Shown: positions 49,898 to 60,212, counted from the first letter of the stretch. The stretch is 64,000 nucleotides of DNA from Candidatus Eiseniibacteriota bacterium (GCA_038231135.1 JBBRLX010000005.1:123339-187338), one strand, 5' to 3'. Program-made: numbers and translations. Notes: generated by a model not told the origin, from the sequence alone.

Positions 49898-51913
49898 TCA
49901 GTTCGGCGAGGCGTCTCCGGGCGGCTGCGGCTCCGGCTGGCGGTTCCCGATCGTTTCGTCGAGGAACGTCGCCATGCGGTCGTAGAAGTAGATCCGGTTG
50001 TCGAGCTTGGCGAACCCGTGGCCCTCGTCCGGCGCGATGAACAGCCGCGGGGACCGGCCACGCTGCTGGAGCGCCAGCGCGAGCTGCATCGCCTCGCCCA
50101 CCGGCACGCGCGGGTCGTTGAACCCGTGGCCGATGAACAGCGGCACCTGGATCTTGTCCACCCGGCGGATGCTCGACACGCTGTCGAGGAACGTGCTGTC
50201 GGCCATGGGTCCGTACTCGACTTCGCGGAGCTTGCGCCGGTAGCCGCTCGTGCCCGCGAGGAACGTGCGCAGGTTGACGATGCCCACGACGTCGACGCAG
50301 GCGCCGAACAGCCGCGCGTGGCGCGCGCCGCGGTCGACGCGGTCCTGATCCTCGACCACGCACGCGACCGACATGAAGCCGCCATACGAGCCGCCGTAGG
50401 TGGCGATGCGGCCCGGCTCGGCGTAGCCGCTCTTCACCAGCCATTCCGCCGCGTCGACGCCGTCGCGCACGCTGTTCCAGCGCAGCCGGTAGTCGTCGAG
50501 CATCTGGAATGCGCGGCCATAGCCCGTGCTGCCCCGCACGTTCGGCAGCATCACGCCGTAGCCGCGGGCGACGAAGTACGCGGTGGTGGCGCTGAACTGC
50601 GGCCGGCTCTGGCCCTCGGGGCCGCCGTGGTACATGACGATGAACGGAATGCGCTGGCCCGCCGTGTACCCCGCGGGCAGGAACAGGAACGCCGGGATCT
50701 CGCGCCGGTCGAACGCCGGATAGTGCACCAGCGTGGGGAGCGGGAACTTCGCCAGCTCGATGCCCTGATCGTCGGGCCAGGTGAGCTGGCGGGTGACGAG
50801 CGCCGTGGCCGCGATGCCGCCCCGCGCCGCCGCCTGCGGATACACCGTGGCGAACGCCGCGCTCGGCGTGCGCGTGTCGGTCCGGGTCCAGGTCATGGTG
50901 AAGCCGCGGAACCCCGCCGGCGACACCAGGCCGCGCTCCGCCGCCGGCACCACCAGCGGCCGGAAACCGGGCACCGTGTAGACGTGCATGACGCGGAAGC
51001 CGTCCTCGTTCGTGGCGGTGAACAGGAACGTGCGGTCGTCGTTGAGCCCCGCGACCTCGAGGTCGTAGCGGCCCAGCGCCGCGATCGGCTGGCGCACCGC
51101 GTTCGTCGCGAGGTCGCGCACGTAGAGCCGCGTGACCCCGTCGCGGTAGTCGGAGCGCAGCAGCACCGAGCGCTCGTCCGGCAGGTAGTCGACCACCTCG
51201 CACGCCGCGGTGCCGCCCCGGGGCACCAGCGTGATGTCGCGCAGCCGGCTCGTCGCCACGTCGAGCTCGAAGCAGCGCACGTCGGACGCCGAGATGGCGT
51301 GCTCGACGAGCGCGCGCGCGCCGTCGCGCGTCACGCCGCGCACCTCCCAGCTGCCCGATTGCGCGAGCACGCGCGTGTGCTTTCGCGTCGCGATGTCGTA
51401 GCGATAGAGGTAGAAGTCGTTGGGCGATTCCCGATTGGCTGAGTAGAAGAACCCGGAGCCGTCCCGGGACCACGCGTTCACCGCCGCCTGCACCGTGGGA
51501 TTCGCGAGGACCGGCACGAGCGCGGTGCCGGCGGGTGCATTCAGATCCATCAGCGTGAGTTGTGTGTTCTCGTTGCCGCCGGCCGCGTTCATCAGGATCA
51601 CGGTGTGCCCGTCCGGCGACACCGAATAGTTCGAGAGCCCGTCCTCGTAGTTCGTCAGCCGCGTCACCGTCGCGACGCCCGGCCGGTAGGACGGCTCGCC
51701 GCCGGCTGCCGTCACCGGGGCGATGCGGTAGAGTTGGCTCACGCCATCGGGCGAGTCACGCAGCAGCAGCGCGCCGTCCGGCAGCATGTAGGGAGCGCTG
51801 GGCGTGCGGATCTTGAGGAACTGCGAGATGGACAGCGGAGCGGCGGGCGCGGCGAACGAGTTCGTCGCGATCAGCACGGCGACGGCGGCGAGGCGGAGAC
51901 GGGTGGCGTTCAT
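49898..51913 (-). CDS. Secreted S9 family peptidase
   Basis: Signal peptide, HGGPE, GGSYGG, NDPRV, DEGHG. Confidence 0.93.
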   Translation of the reverse strand: MNATRLRLAAVAVLIATNSFAAPAAPLSISQFLKIRTPSAPYMLPDGALLLRDSPDGVSQLYRIAPVTAAGGEPSYRPGVATVTRLTNYEDGLSNYSVSPDGHTVILMNAAGGNENTQLTLMDLNAPAGTALVPVLANPTVQAAVNAWSRDGSGFFYSANRESPNDFYLYRYDIATRKHTRVLAQSGSWEVRGVTRDGARALVEHAISASDVRCFELDVATSRLRDITLVPRGGTAACEVVDYLPDERSVLLRSDYRDGVTRLYVRDLATNAVRQPIAALGRYDLEVAGLNDDRTFLFTATNEDGFRVMHVYTVPGFRPLVVPAAERGLVSPAGFRGFTMTWTRTDTRTPSAAFATVYPQAAARGGIAATALVTRQLTWPDDQGIELAKFPLPTLVHYPAFDRREIPAFLFLPAGYTAGQRIPFIVMYHGGPEGQSRPQFSATTAYFVARGYGVMLPNVRGSTGYGRAFQMLDDYRLRWNSVRDGVDAAEWLVKSGYAEPGRIATYGGSYGGFMSVACVVEDQDRVDRGARHARLFGACVDVVGIVNLRTFLAGTSGYRRKLREVEYGPMADSTFLDSVSSIRRVDKIQVPLFIGHGFNDPRVPVGEAMQLALALQQRGRSPRLFIAPDEGHGFAKLDNRIYFYDRMATFLDETIGNRQPEPQPPGDASPN

Positions 51914-52033
51914 GAGCCTGAAATTACCGGTTCCCGCACGGGAGGGCCACCATTGCAGGCGCGCTCGCCGCTACCTATAGTCGGTGACTCGCGACCGGAC
52001 GATCCATCCCAACCCTCCGCCGACAGGTCTGCC

Positions 52034-53020
52034 ATGTCCCGTGTTCTCGACGTTCTGTTGCTGCTCGCGCTGCCGGCCTCGGGCAAGTCCGAAGTGCGGC
52101 GCTATCTCGCCCATCTCACGCCCGAGCAGTGCCTGGACGACTTCCACATCGGGCCGACCGTGCAGCTCGACGACTACCCGTACGTGCACATGATGCGGCG
52201 CATCAGTCACGAGCTGCGGACGCGCAAGTCGGACGGCGTGTTCTTCCTGTCGGACGAGCTGCCGATGCGGCAGCCGCTCGACTGGGGCACGCTGATCGAG
52301 CTGTTGAACGAGGACTACGACGACCTCGTGCACCGCCGCCACCCGAGCCCGGCGTCGCCGGCCGAATGGCTGCTCGACCGGTTCGACGCCGCGCGCACGA
52401 AGGTGGGAGCGGAGCCGGCGTTCGGAGAGCTGCCCGCGCCGCTGCGCCGCGAGCTGGTCGACGCCATCGCTCGCGAGGCGGCGGACCTGTTGCGCGACAA
52501 GAACACCGGCATTCCCGAATCCCTGGACGGCAAGACCGTGGTGATCGAGTTCGCGCGCGGCGGCCCGGACGACGCGAAGCCGCCGCTCGAAGCGCCGCTC
52601 GGCTACCAGTACTCGCTGTCGCGGCTCAGCGACGCGATCCTCAAGCGCGCATCGATCCTCTATGTGTGGGTCACCCCCGAGGAGTCCCGTCGCAAGAACA
52701 CCGAGCGCACCGATCCCAACGATCCCGGGTCGATCCTCAATCACGGCGTGCCGATGCCGGTGATGCTCGGCGACTACGGCTGCGACGACATGGACTGGCT
52801 GATCGCGAACTCGGGCAAGCCCGATCACGTGAAGGTCGTGAAGCCCGGCGGCGCCACGATCCTGCTGCCGGTCGCGCGGTTCGACAACCGCACCGACAAG
52901 ACGACGTTCGTGCGCCAGGACCCGCTCAAGTGGAAGCCGTCGGACGTGGATGCGCTGCACCGGGGTCTCGGTGACGCGCTGTCCCGGCTCTCGAACATGA
53001 AGCCCGCGGCCGTCGCCTGA
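52034..53020 (+). CDS. Hypothetical P-loop (kinase-like) protein
   Basis: LLALPASGKS Walker A-like, VVIEFARG; strong coding bias. Confidence 0.75.
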   Translation: MSRVLDVLLLLALPASGKSEVRRYLAHLTPEQCLDDFHIGPTVQLDDYPYVHMMRRISHELRTRKSDGVFFLSDELPMRQPLDWGTLIELLNEDYDDLVHRRHPSPASPAEWLLDRFDAARTKVGAEPAFGELPAPLRRELVDAIAREAADLLRDKNTGIPESLDGKTVVIEFARGGPDDAKPPLEAPLGYQYSLSRLSDAILKRASILYVWVTPEESRRKNTERTDPNDPGSILNHGVPMPVMLGDYGCDDMDWLIANSGKPDHVKVVKPGGATILLPVARFDNRTDKTTFVRQDPLKWKPSDVDALHRGLGDALSRLSNMKPAAVA

Positions 53021-53069
53021 CCCGGCTGCGACGGCCCGTCGCCGCGAGCCACCCGCCACAGGAGAGCGC

Positions 53070-53495
53070 GTGCCCCAGAACCTGAGCAACCACCGGCGGG
53101 TCGTGCCGGTGTTCCACCTCGGCGTCTATGTGCTGCTGGCGGCGTATCTCGTGCACGCCATCCGCAAGTTCCTGACCAGCCGCACTCCGGACGCGTTCTA
53201 CGAGGTGATCCTCGGCGTGGTGGTGGCGCTGGTGGCGTTCTACGCGCGGGCGTTCGCGCTCAAGGTGCAGGATCGCGTCATTCGCCTGGAGATGCGGCTG
53301 CGCCTGCAGATGCTGGCCCCCGAGCTGGCCGCCCAGTTCGGACGCTTCACCCCCGCACAGCTCGTGGCGCTGCGGTTCGCGGGCGATCAGGAACTGGCGG
53401 GGCTTGCGCGCAACGTGCTCGACGGGCGGCACGCCTCGCCGACCGAGATCAAACAGCAGATTCGCGACTGGCAGCCGGACGAGCAACGCGCCTGA
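53070..53495 (+). CDS. Small membrane protein (DUF6526-like)
   Basis: QNLSNH, QDRVIRLE.RLR, QLVALRFA, IK..I..W.PD. Confidence 0.8.
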   Translation: MPQNLSNHRRVVPVFHLGVYVLLAAYLVHAIRKFLTSRTPDAFYEVILGVVVALVAFYARAFALKVQDRVIRLEMRLRLQMLAPELAAQFGRFTPAQLVALRFAGDQELAGLARNVLDGRHASPTEIKQQIRDWQPDEQRA

Positions 53496-53569
53496 AGATT
53501 TGGGCGGTGGCTCCGGCGCCACGCCCCACGATGAACCGTTGCATTCAGCCTGGCCGCTGGAGGTTCGAG

Positions 53570-54640
53570 ATGCTCGATCCACGCGGCCGCCGCTTCATGC
53601 GCATGGCGCAGGTACTGATCGCGTCCGTGCTGTTCGGATGCTCCGACACGTCTCGCCGCGCGGCGTTGCCAGCCGCCCCGGGGCCGGTGCGGCGTGCCAC
53701 CAGCGCGGTGGTGTTGCTCGAAGACCTGTCGGCGCGCCGCATTTTTCCGCCCAACAACTGGTGGAACGCGGACATCTCGAACGCGCCGGTCGATCCCGGT
53801 TCCTCGGCATTCATCGATTTCGTCAGCGGGCGCACTCCGCAGAACCCGACCGCGACCCGGGCGATGCATCCCGATTTCGGCCCGCCGCCCTACGGCATTC
53901 CCTATGTGGGAGTCGGCGGCGACCAGGCGCTGCTGCCGGTGGTGTTCTCGCCCTACGGCAGCGAGAGCGACGCGGGCGCGCCGGGACGGCCGCCCGGCTA
54001 TCCCATCCCCGACGAGGCGCGCACCCAGCCCGGCTACATCGAGGGCGACGTCGCGGGTGGCGGCCCGAGCGGCGATCGGCATCTGATCGTGGTCGATCGC
54101 GACCAATGGCTGCTGTTCGAGACCTATGCCACGCACTGGAACGCAACGCTGTCGCGATGGGAGGCGGCCTCGGGCGCCGTGTTCAATCTCGCGACCAACA
54201 TGCGGCGGACCGAAGGCTCGACTTCGGCGGACGCCGCGGGGTTGCCGATCCTGCCGGGCCTCGTGCGCTTCGACGAAGTCGCCGCCGCCGGGCCGATCTC
54301 GCATGCGTTCCGGATGACCGTGCGAGCGACCAACGGCCACGCGTGGCCGGCGTCCCACGACGCCGGCAACACCGCGGGCGCGCTGCCCATGGGGGCCAGG
54401 CTCAGGCTCAAGGGCTCGGTCGACCTCTCGAGCTACCCCCCCGACGTGCGGAAGATCTTCCAGGCCATGAAGACCTACGGGCTGATCGTGGCCGACAACG
54501 GCAGCGACATGTACGTGAGCGGCACCATGGACGTGCGCTGGAACAACGACGTGCTGAATCCGGCGTTCGGCCACCTCACCGCCGACTCGTTCGAAGTGAT
54601 TCAGCTCGGCTGGGGCCAGGGCACCGCCAGCGTGCCTTAG
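53570..54640 (+). CDS. Conserved-looking hypothetical lipoprotein
   Basis: GGAGG RBS, lipobox LFGC, HPDFG, YGIPY, GDRH, SADAAGLP, YGLIVADNG. Confidence 0.8.
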   Translation: MLDPRGRRFMRMAQVLIASVLFGCSDTSRRAALPAAPGPVRRATSAVVLLEDLSARRIFPPNNWWNADISNAPVDPGSSAFIDFVSGRTPQNPTATRAMHPDFGPPPYGIPYVGVGGDQALLPVVFSPYGSESDAGAPGRPPGYPIPDEARTQPGYIEGDVAGGGPSGDRHLIVVDRDQWLLFETYATHWNATLSRWEAASGAVFNLATNMRRTEGSTSADAAGLPILPGLVRFDEVAAAGPISHAFRMTVRATNGHAWPASHDAGNTAGALPMGARLRLKGSVDLSSYPPDVRKIFQAMKTYGLIVADNGSDMYVSGTMDVRWNNDVLNPAFGHLTADSFEVIQLGWGQGTASVP

Positions 54641-55671
54641 GAGCTTCCGTCGGGCGGCGATGGACCGGGGCTGGGAGTTGGCGCTGGCGGGGGCGGGTCG
54701 TCGACATCCAGTGGCTCCGAGCCCGGCGCGATCCACGGCTGATCGCCTTCGAACCACGGCTCAATCGGCTCCTGGGCCTCGCGTTCCTCGCGGGCCCACT
54801 GCTCGCGAACCCGGCGCTGCGCTGCGCGCTTGCGCATGCCGACCCCCACCGACAGCAGCGTGATGCCGATCCACAGCGTGCTCGACGCCGTGAGCACGGG
54901 AATCCAGCGATAGCGAATCAGGCTGGCGCGGCGCCAATCGGTCTCGGCGCGCGCCAGCGTGGTTCCCGTCACGCGCTCCCACGCGCGCGGGAACGGCTCG
55001 GTGCGGGATGCGCGGAGGAGATCGCGCACCACGTTCGGCCCGTAGGTGTGGATCGTGCGCGCGACGAACGCGTGCGACCCGGCATATGCGAGCTGCGCCT
55101 CGGCGGCCGAGGCGTGGAACGACGAGTCCAGCTCCGCCAGTTTCGGCAGGTCGGCGGTGAGCAGCGACGTGGAGTAGGCGACCACGTCGCGGAACTCCCA
55201 GCGGCGGCCCTCCCAGGTCGCGACGCCCTCCTCGAACCACAACGGCAACGGCGGACCGTGTGCGTCGTGGATCAGCAGATGCGTGGCCTCGTGCGCCAGC
55301 ACCGCTTCGATCGAGCCGTTCGGGTAGCGGCCCGCCATCGACATGCGGATCACGCACAGCCGCCGTTCGGGCACCGTATATCCCGCCGCCCACCAGGGCA
55401 CCGTTGCATCCAGCGCGCGCAATCCGGAGTCCGGCGCGCCGCCCGCAGGGATCAGCACCATGTAGAACCGGCCGTCCGCGCGCACGCCGAGATCCGATTC
55501 GAGGCGCGGGAGGATGTTCTGCGATTCCACGGCGAGCGCCTGGAGCTGCGCGCCGTAGCCATTGGGGGCTTCCAGGCTCATCATGCCCACGCGAACCTGC
55601 TCGACCGCGTGCGCGGGAGACGAGGCCACCGCCAGCAGGATGGCGAGGAGCAGTGGGCGAAGTCGAATCAT
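54637..55671 (-). CDS. Peptidase MA-like zinc metallopeptidase with C-terminal TM helix
   Basis: Signal peptide, HEATH, WFEEG. Confidence 0.85.
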   Translation of the reverse strand: MIRLRPLLLAILLAVASSPAHAVEQVRVGMMSLEAPNGYGAQLQALAVESQNILPRLESDLGVRADGRFYMVLIPAGGAPDSGLRALDATVPWWAAGYTVPERRLCVIRMSMAGRYPNGSIEAVLAHEATHLLIHDAHGPPLPLWFEEGVATWEGRRWEFRDVVAYSTSLLTADLPKLAELDSSFHASAAEAQLAYAGSHAFVARTIHTYGPNVVRDLLRASRTEPFPRAWERVTGTTLARAETDWRRASLIRYRWIPVLTASSTLWIGITLLSVGVGMRKRAAQRRVREQWAREEREAQEPIEPWFEGDQPWIAPGSEPLDVDDPPPPAPTPSPGPSPPDGSS

Positions 55672-55735
55672 GCCTTCACCATAGCCGTCCGCGCGCCGTT
55701 CCCCGAATCGCTGCGAAATGCTACGGAAATAGTGC

Positions 55736-55764
55736 TTGTGTTTTTGAGAACGCTGGCCGATACT
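55736..55764 (+). promoter_or_regulatory. Putative sigma70 promoter of csp copy 2
   Basis: TTGTGT-N17-GATACT. Confidence 0.65.
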
Positions 55765-55866
55765 ACCGATGTTCTCGGGTGATTTCGGCGAGTGTCAAAG
55801 GTCGTTTATTTCCGCCAGGGACAACTTCTGGCGGTTATTTTTTTGGCCCGCAGAATCCCGAGATCA

Positions 55867-55950
55867 TCGGTCACAGAGACCGAGCGTAGCCGCCGCGTAA
55901 ACGGGCGGCAGTAAAGCGGATCCTCGGATCCGGATTCAAGGAGTTGCACA
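55867..55950 (+). promoter_or_regulatory. Structured 5' leader of csp copy 2
   Basis: TCGGTC/GACCGA, GCCGCC/GGCGGC and CGGATC/GATCCG stems. Confidence 0.6.
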
Positions 55951-56151
55951 GTGGCTCGTGGCACAGTGAAGTGGTTCAACGAGGCGAAGGGCTTTGGCTT
56001 CATTTCTCAGGAGGGTGGCGAGGACGTGTTCGTGCACTTCTCTGCCATTCAGGGCGATGGTTTCAAGACTCTCGCCGAGGGTGAGGCGCTCGAGTTCGAT
56101 GTCGCCCGTGGCCCGAAGGGGCTTCAGGCAGCGAACGTTCGCAAGGTCTAA
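55951..56151 (+). CDS. Cold-shock protein (paralog of 32635-32835)
   Basis: Near-identical 66-aa cold-shock domain. Confidence 0.97.
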   Translation: MARGTVKWFNEAKGFGFISQEGGEDVFVHFSAIQGDGFKTLAEGEALEFDVARGPKGLQAANVRKV

Positions 56152-56178
56152 AGCGTCCGAGGTACCACCTCACGCACA

Positions 56179-56206
56179 AGGCGGCGTCCGAAAGGACGTC
56201 GCCTTT
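56179..56206 (+). terminator. Hairpin terminator after csp copy 2
   Basis: AGGCGGCGTCC-GAAA-GGACGTCGCCT-TT. Confidence 0.75.
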
Positions 56207-56224
56207 GGCGTATCCGGGGGCAAC

Positions 56225-56779
56225 ATGGTGCGCGATCGCGTGCCGGTTCCGTCGCGAATGTACGGCCTGGGAATCTGTGTAGCGATGCTCCTATGCCTCG
56301 GCGTGGCGTCGTCCTGCAAGACCACGCGTGGTGACGACGATGATCCCCCGGGTGGCGAATGGGTGACGATGCGTCCCCAGGAGACCTGGACCGGGATCGT
56401 CGCCGAACCCTGCAGCCTTAGCGTCACCCATGAAGGGCAGCGCTTCGACGCGACCACCCCGAATGGCGTCCGCGTGCGCGACATCACCGCGATCGCCGTG
56501 GGTCCCACCGGCGACGTCCTGCTGTCGGCGGGGCCGGTGCAAGGGCAGCCGGGCATCTACCGGATCGACGCGCGAACCTGCAGGTCGCGGACGCTCGTGG
56601 CGTCGGCGACGAAGTCAGGCGCGCATCCCTACGGCACGGACTACTTCGAGCTGGCCGACGTCGTCGACGGCGGCCACGGCGTGACAGTCGACTACTGGTA
56701 TGCGCCCGAGATCGACCGGGTCGCCGACGTCGCGAAGCATGTCGGGCTCGTCAGGCGCAGCGTGCGGGTGGGGAAGTAG
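56225..56779 (+). CDS. Hypothetical lipoprotein
   Basis: Hydrophobic stretch and lipobox ASSC. Confidence 0.6.
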   Translation: MVRDRVPVPSRMYGLGICVAMLLCLGVASSCKTTRGDDDDPPGGEWVTMRPQETWTGIVAEPCSLSVTHEGQRFDATTPNGVRVRDITAIAVGPTGDVLLSAGPVQGQPGIYRIDARTCRSRTLVASATKSGAHPYGTDYFELADVVDGGHGVTVDYWYAPEIDRVADVAKHVGLVRRSVRVGK

Positions 56780-56859
56780 GGCTCATGGGAGTACGCGGAT
56801 TGCCGCGGCGGTAGTTTGCCGGCAAGTCGCTCGCAGTGCTACGTTTCCGCCCCCTGTGG

Positions 56860-56934
56860 GGCGGCATAGCCAAGTGGTAAGGCGAGCGCCTGCAAAGCGC
56901 TTATTCCCCGGTTCGAATCCGGGTGCCGCCTCCA
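56860..56934 (+). tRNA. tRNA-Cys(GCA)
   Basis: Acceptor GGCGGCA/TGCCGCC, U73-CCA, anticodon stem AGCGC/GCGCT with loop CTGCAAA, GTTCGAATCC. Confidence 0.97.
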
Positions 56935-57048
56935 ATTCGTTGCCTCGCAATTCACGGACGCATAGTCCCGTACGCACGGGGCTCCTACGAAGCCGGTCCC
57001 GGGCGGGTCACACCCAAATCAGGCTTCGCATCGCCGGCGGAGAGCCCC

Positions 57049-57076
57049 TTGACTAATGACGCAAAATTGAGACAAT
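57049..57076 (+). promoter_or_regulatory. TA operon promoter with overlapping imperfect palindrome (operator)
   Basis: TTGACT-N16-GACAAT; TGACGCAAAATTGAGACA at 57057-57074. Confidence 0.55.
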
Positions 57077-57089
57077 TGAGGAGAAGGCG

Positions 57090-57461
57090 ATGCCGCACAC
57101 GGAGGTGCTCCTCTTTCGTGACGAAGAAGACGTGCCGTTGCTCGCCTGGTTCGAGTCCATCCCGCGGAGGGCGCGGGGCGATTGCCTCGAACGCCTGAGG
57201 CTTCTTGAGCAGCTCGGCCATGAACTGAGGCGTCCGCACGCGGAATATCTCCGCGACGGGATTTACGAGCTTCGCGCGAAGCGAGAAGGGGTCAACTACC
57301 GGATGTTCTACTTCTTCCATGGGAGGAGGGCGGTCGTTGTCTCGCACGGCATCGTTAAGCAGCAGGCGACCGTGCCGGCACGCGAAATCGACCGGGCCGT
57401 AGAGCGAATGGCGCGGTTTCGGTCCGAGCCCATCAAGCACACGTTTAGTCCGAGGAAGTAA
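57090..57461 (+). CDS. Type II toxin, RelE/HigB-like (Gp49-type)
   Basis: G..LRRPHAEYLRDGIYELR, YRMFYFF, SHGIVK. Confidence 0.9.
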   Translation: MPHTEVLLFRDEEDVPLLAWFESIPRRARGDCLERLRLLEQLGHELRRPHAEYLRDGIYELRAKREGVNYRMFYFFHGRRAVVVSHGIVKQQATVPAREIDRAVERMARFRSEPIKHTFSPRK

Positions 57462-57465
57462 CGCC

Positions 57466-57828
57466 ATGCCACGAAAACACCGCTTTGAGTCTCCGGCGCT
57501 CCAGTACCTCTACGACCGCCATGTCGGCGAGGACCCGAAACGCCAAGCCGAGTACGAGGAGTCCGTGGCGAATGCGAAGGTCGCCATGCTGATTTACGAG
57601 CTACGCACCAAGGCAAAGCTCACCCAGGCCCAGCTCGCAAAGAAGGTCGGAACCTCACGCTCGGTGATTTCGCGCCTCGAGGATGCGGACTACGACGGCC
57701 ATTCCGTGGCACTCCTTCGACGCATTGCTGAAGCGGTGGGCAAGAGCGTCGAGATTCGCTTCGTGCCGCGGCGCTCGCCTAGGACGACCGCCGTTCAAAA
57801 GCCAGCCAAGCGCAAGAGGGTCGCCTGA
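57466..57828 (+). CDS. XRE HTH antitoxin (HigA-like)
   Basis: LTQAQLAKKVGTSRSVISRLE; directly after the toxin. Confidence 0.9.
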   Translation: MPRKHRFESPALQYLYDRHVGEDPKRQAEYEESVANAKVAMLIYELRTKAKLTQAQLAKKVGTSRSVISRLEDADYDGHSVALLRRIAEAVGKSVEIRFVPRRSPRTTAVQKPAKRKRVA

Positions 57829-58079
57829 CTTGGAAGCTGCCGGCCGTCGACGCACCCCTTCAGGAGGCTTTCGTCATGAGCACGATTCATGGGGAGAGTT
57901 GACGGGCCTGATTCCAGGCACTGTCAACTCGATGAAGAAGGATGGGAGGGACCGACCCACGGCGAAAGAGTGGCGGCTCATCGTTGGGCGAGCGCAGGCG
58001 TTGAGTGAGAAGCGGGACCAGGAAATCGCCGAGTACGAGGCGAAGCACCCTGGGTCGCAGGCGCCGTAGCGCGCAGCCA

Positions 58080-59330
58080 ATGGCAGCAACGAGAGCATAC
58101 CGCTGGGGATTCAAGTCCCGCTTTCGGCGCCACGCTTTTGGCTGGAAGTCGCGGCCAGCAATGGCACGCGTCGCGGAGGCTGTCGCCGAGATTGCAGCGG
58201 TGGCCAGGGCCGATTCGGTGCTCGCCGGCGACGGAGCTGTCGCCTTCCTCGAACGAGTTTCGCCGGCCCTTGAGCACGTCGACAGCTCTTCGGGAGCCAT
58301 CGGCTCCGCCGTCAACAGAGCAATTGCCGAATTGGTGCTGATTATCGCCCGCGCGCCGGCGGACGCGAAGACGCGCGCGGATTGGCTTGAGCGGTTGTTT
58401 GAAGCGCACCAGGCTGACGCCATCCCGTACATCGAGAGCCTTGCGGACCACTGGGGCGACGTCTGCGCCTCGACAGAGACTGCCTCAGCGTGGGTGGACC
58501 GGCTCGTCGACATCACGCGCATGGCGCTCAGTCCGGACCGGAACCTCCGCGGTCACTTCCACGGCACCTCGATGTGCCTCAGTGCTCTCTATCGCAGCGA
58601 GCGCTTCGACGAACTCATCGAGCTCGTGAGCGTCGACACGATTTGGCCGTACAAGCGGTGGGCCGTGAAAGCACTGGCCGCGAAGGGGCGTGTTACCGAG
58701 GCCGTCCGATACGCAGAGGCGTGCCGGAGTCCATGGGCCAGCGACTACGCGGTCGACTCTATCTGCGAGGAGATTCTCCTCGGCACAGGGCACGTCGAGG
58801 AGGCCTACCCCTATGGGCTGAGAGCGAACCAGCGCACCACCAACCTGGCGACGTTTCGGGCTGTCGCCAGGAAGTACCCACAGAGGGCCGCCCGCGAGAT
58901 TCTCGCAGACCTCGCGGCAACGACGCCGACGGAGGAGGGGAAGTGGTTCGCCGCGGCGAAGGACGCTGGGCTCTTCAAGGAGGCGCTCCTCCTGGCGAGC
59001 CGCTCGCCCTGTGACCCAAGGACGCTTACTCGGGCAGCGAGGGATTTCGGTGAACGCGAGCCGGCGTTTGCCGTCGGCGCCGGCGAGCTCGCCCTGCACT
59101 GGCTCGCGCTTGGGCACGGACACGAAATCACCACCGCCGATGTGCTGGCGGCCTATCGTTACACCTTGGTCGCGGCCGAGCGATGTGGCGGCTCGGCCCC
59201 GGTGAAGGAGCGCATTCGGAGCCTCCTCTTGTCGCGACCCGCCCGCCACGGCATCGCAGCGGGCGTGCTTGAGCGAGTGCTGGAACTCGAATTCGTCGAG
59301 AAGGGCGCGGATGAGCAGTCGTTTACGTAA
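58080..59330 (+). CDS. Hypothetical alpha-helical protein
   Basis: Long open frame; FRRHAFGWKS, DSSSGAIG, GKWFAAAK, DPRTL.RAA. Confidence 0.75.
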   Translation: MAATRAYRWGFKSRFRRHAFGWKSRPAMARVAEAVAEIAAVARADSVLAGDGAVAFLERVSPALEHVDSSSGAIGSAVNRAIAELVLIIARAPADAKTRADWLERLFEAHQADAIPYIESLADHWGDVCASTETASAWVDRLVDITRMALSPDRNLRGHFHGTSMCLSALYRSERFDELIELVSVDTIWPYKRWAVKALAAKGRVTEAVRYAEACRSPWASDYAVDSICEEILLGTGHVEEAYPYGLRANQRTTNLATFRAVARKYPQRAAREILADLAATTPTEEGKWFAAAKDAGLFKEALLLASRSPCDPRTLTRAARDFGEREPAFAVGAGELALHWLALGHGHEITTADVLAAYRYTLVAAERCGGSAPVKERIRSLLLSRPARHGIAAGVLERVLELEFVEKGADEQSFT

Positions 59331-59384
59331 CACCGGTTCCGCGACAAGGCCGCAATAATGCGCTTCCAGGAATCCCGGCACTGT

Positions 59385-60212
59385 TCACCGCTGACCGGAA
59401 CACTCCAGACGAGCGTGCTGATGCTCCCACCACGTCAACCAGGCCGCCTTCAACGAAGCGTGTTCAGACTCCGGAGGAAGGGCGGAAGGGAATCGGTTTA
59501 GGACCGTACTTAGCTCTGCTTGTATTGTGGCATCTTCGGTGCCCGGCCCTTGCGCCGCCAGCCTGAGCGCATAGAAGACCTGCGTCCGCTCGTACACGTC
59601 CTCGCTGCACTCCAATTCCTGGATGAGCAGAGGAAGCGCTGGCGCCCCGATAGCCCCGAGTTCCTCGGGCGCGACCAGCCAAGACCTTGGCTCGCCATCC
59701 TCGGCGTACTCGATATACGTAGAGTCTCTGAGCCGTGCGGCATAAAATGCAACGCACTCCACAAGGCTCAGAGAAGAATCCGGCCGAATAACGACCGCCC
59801 AGACTAGAGTCGAGGCCGCTTTCGAATCCTCAGAATCGTCCGCGGTCCAATCTCTTGGACCAAATTGGAAAGGCACAGCAACCCACGCGAACACAGGCTG
59901 ACCGTTCGCCAACTCAGGCTTGAACACCCATTTTCTCGCTGCAACCACCGCGACCTCGTCCAAGCCTCGAACGTGGTGGATCACCCGCGCCTCTCTAACG
60001 CGACCGTCCTTCCCAACCAGCGCCTGCACAATAACCGTCCCTCGGATGCCTGCGTGGCGCGCACTGTCCGGATAGACTGGTTGCACCTTCCGCATCGGCT
60101 CGGGCGGTGGTGCCATCGGGACGGTCGCCGCGGCCGGCTCTACCGAAACGCAAAGGACGAAGAGCCCGGCTGCGAGCCATCGCCAAGCGCGCCTGAGTTC
60201 GCTAGTGGTCAA
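59385..60212 (-). CDS. TonB C-terminal domain protein with extra C-terminal helical domain
   Basis: GGAGG + TTG start; signal/TM; PVYPDSAR..GI.GTV.V, W.F.P. Confidence 0.7.
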   Translation of the reverse strand: MTTSELRRAWRWLAAGLFVLCVSVEPAAATVPMAPPPEPMRKVQPVYPDSARHAGIRGTVIVQALVGKDGRVREARVIHHVRGLDEVAVVAARKWVFKPELANGQPVFAWVAVPFQFGPRDWTADDSEDSKAASTLVWAVVIRPDSSLSLVECVAFYAARLRDSTYIEYAEDGEPRSWLVAPEELGAIGAPALPLLIQELECSEDVYERTQVFYALRLAAQGPGTEDATIQAELSTVLNRFPSALPPESEHASLKAAWLTWWEHQHARLECSGQR

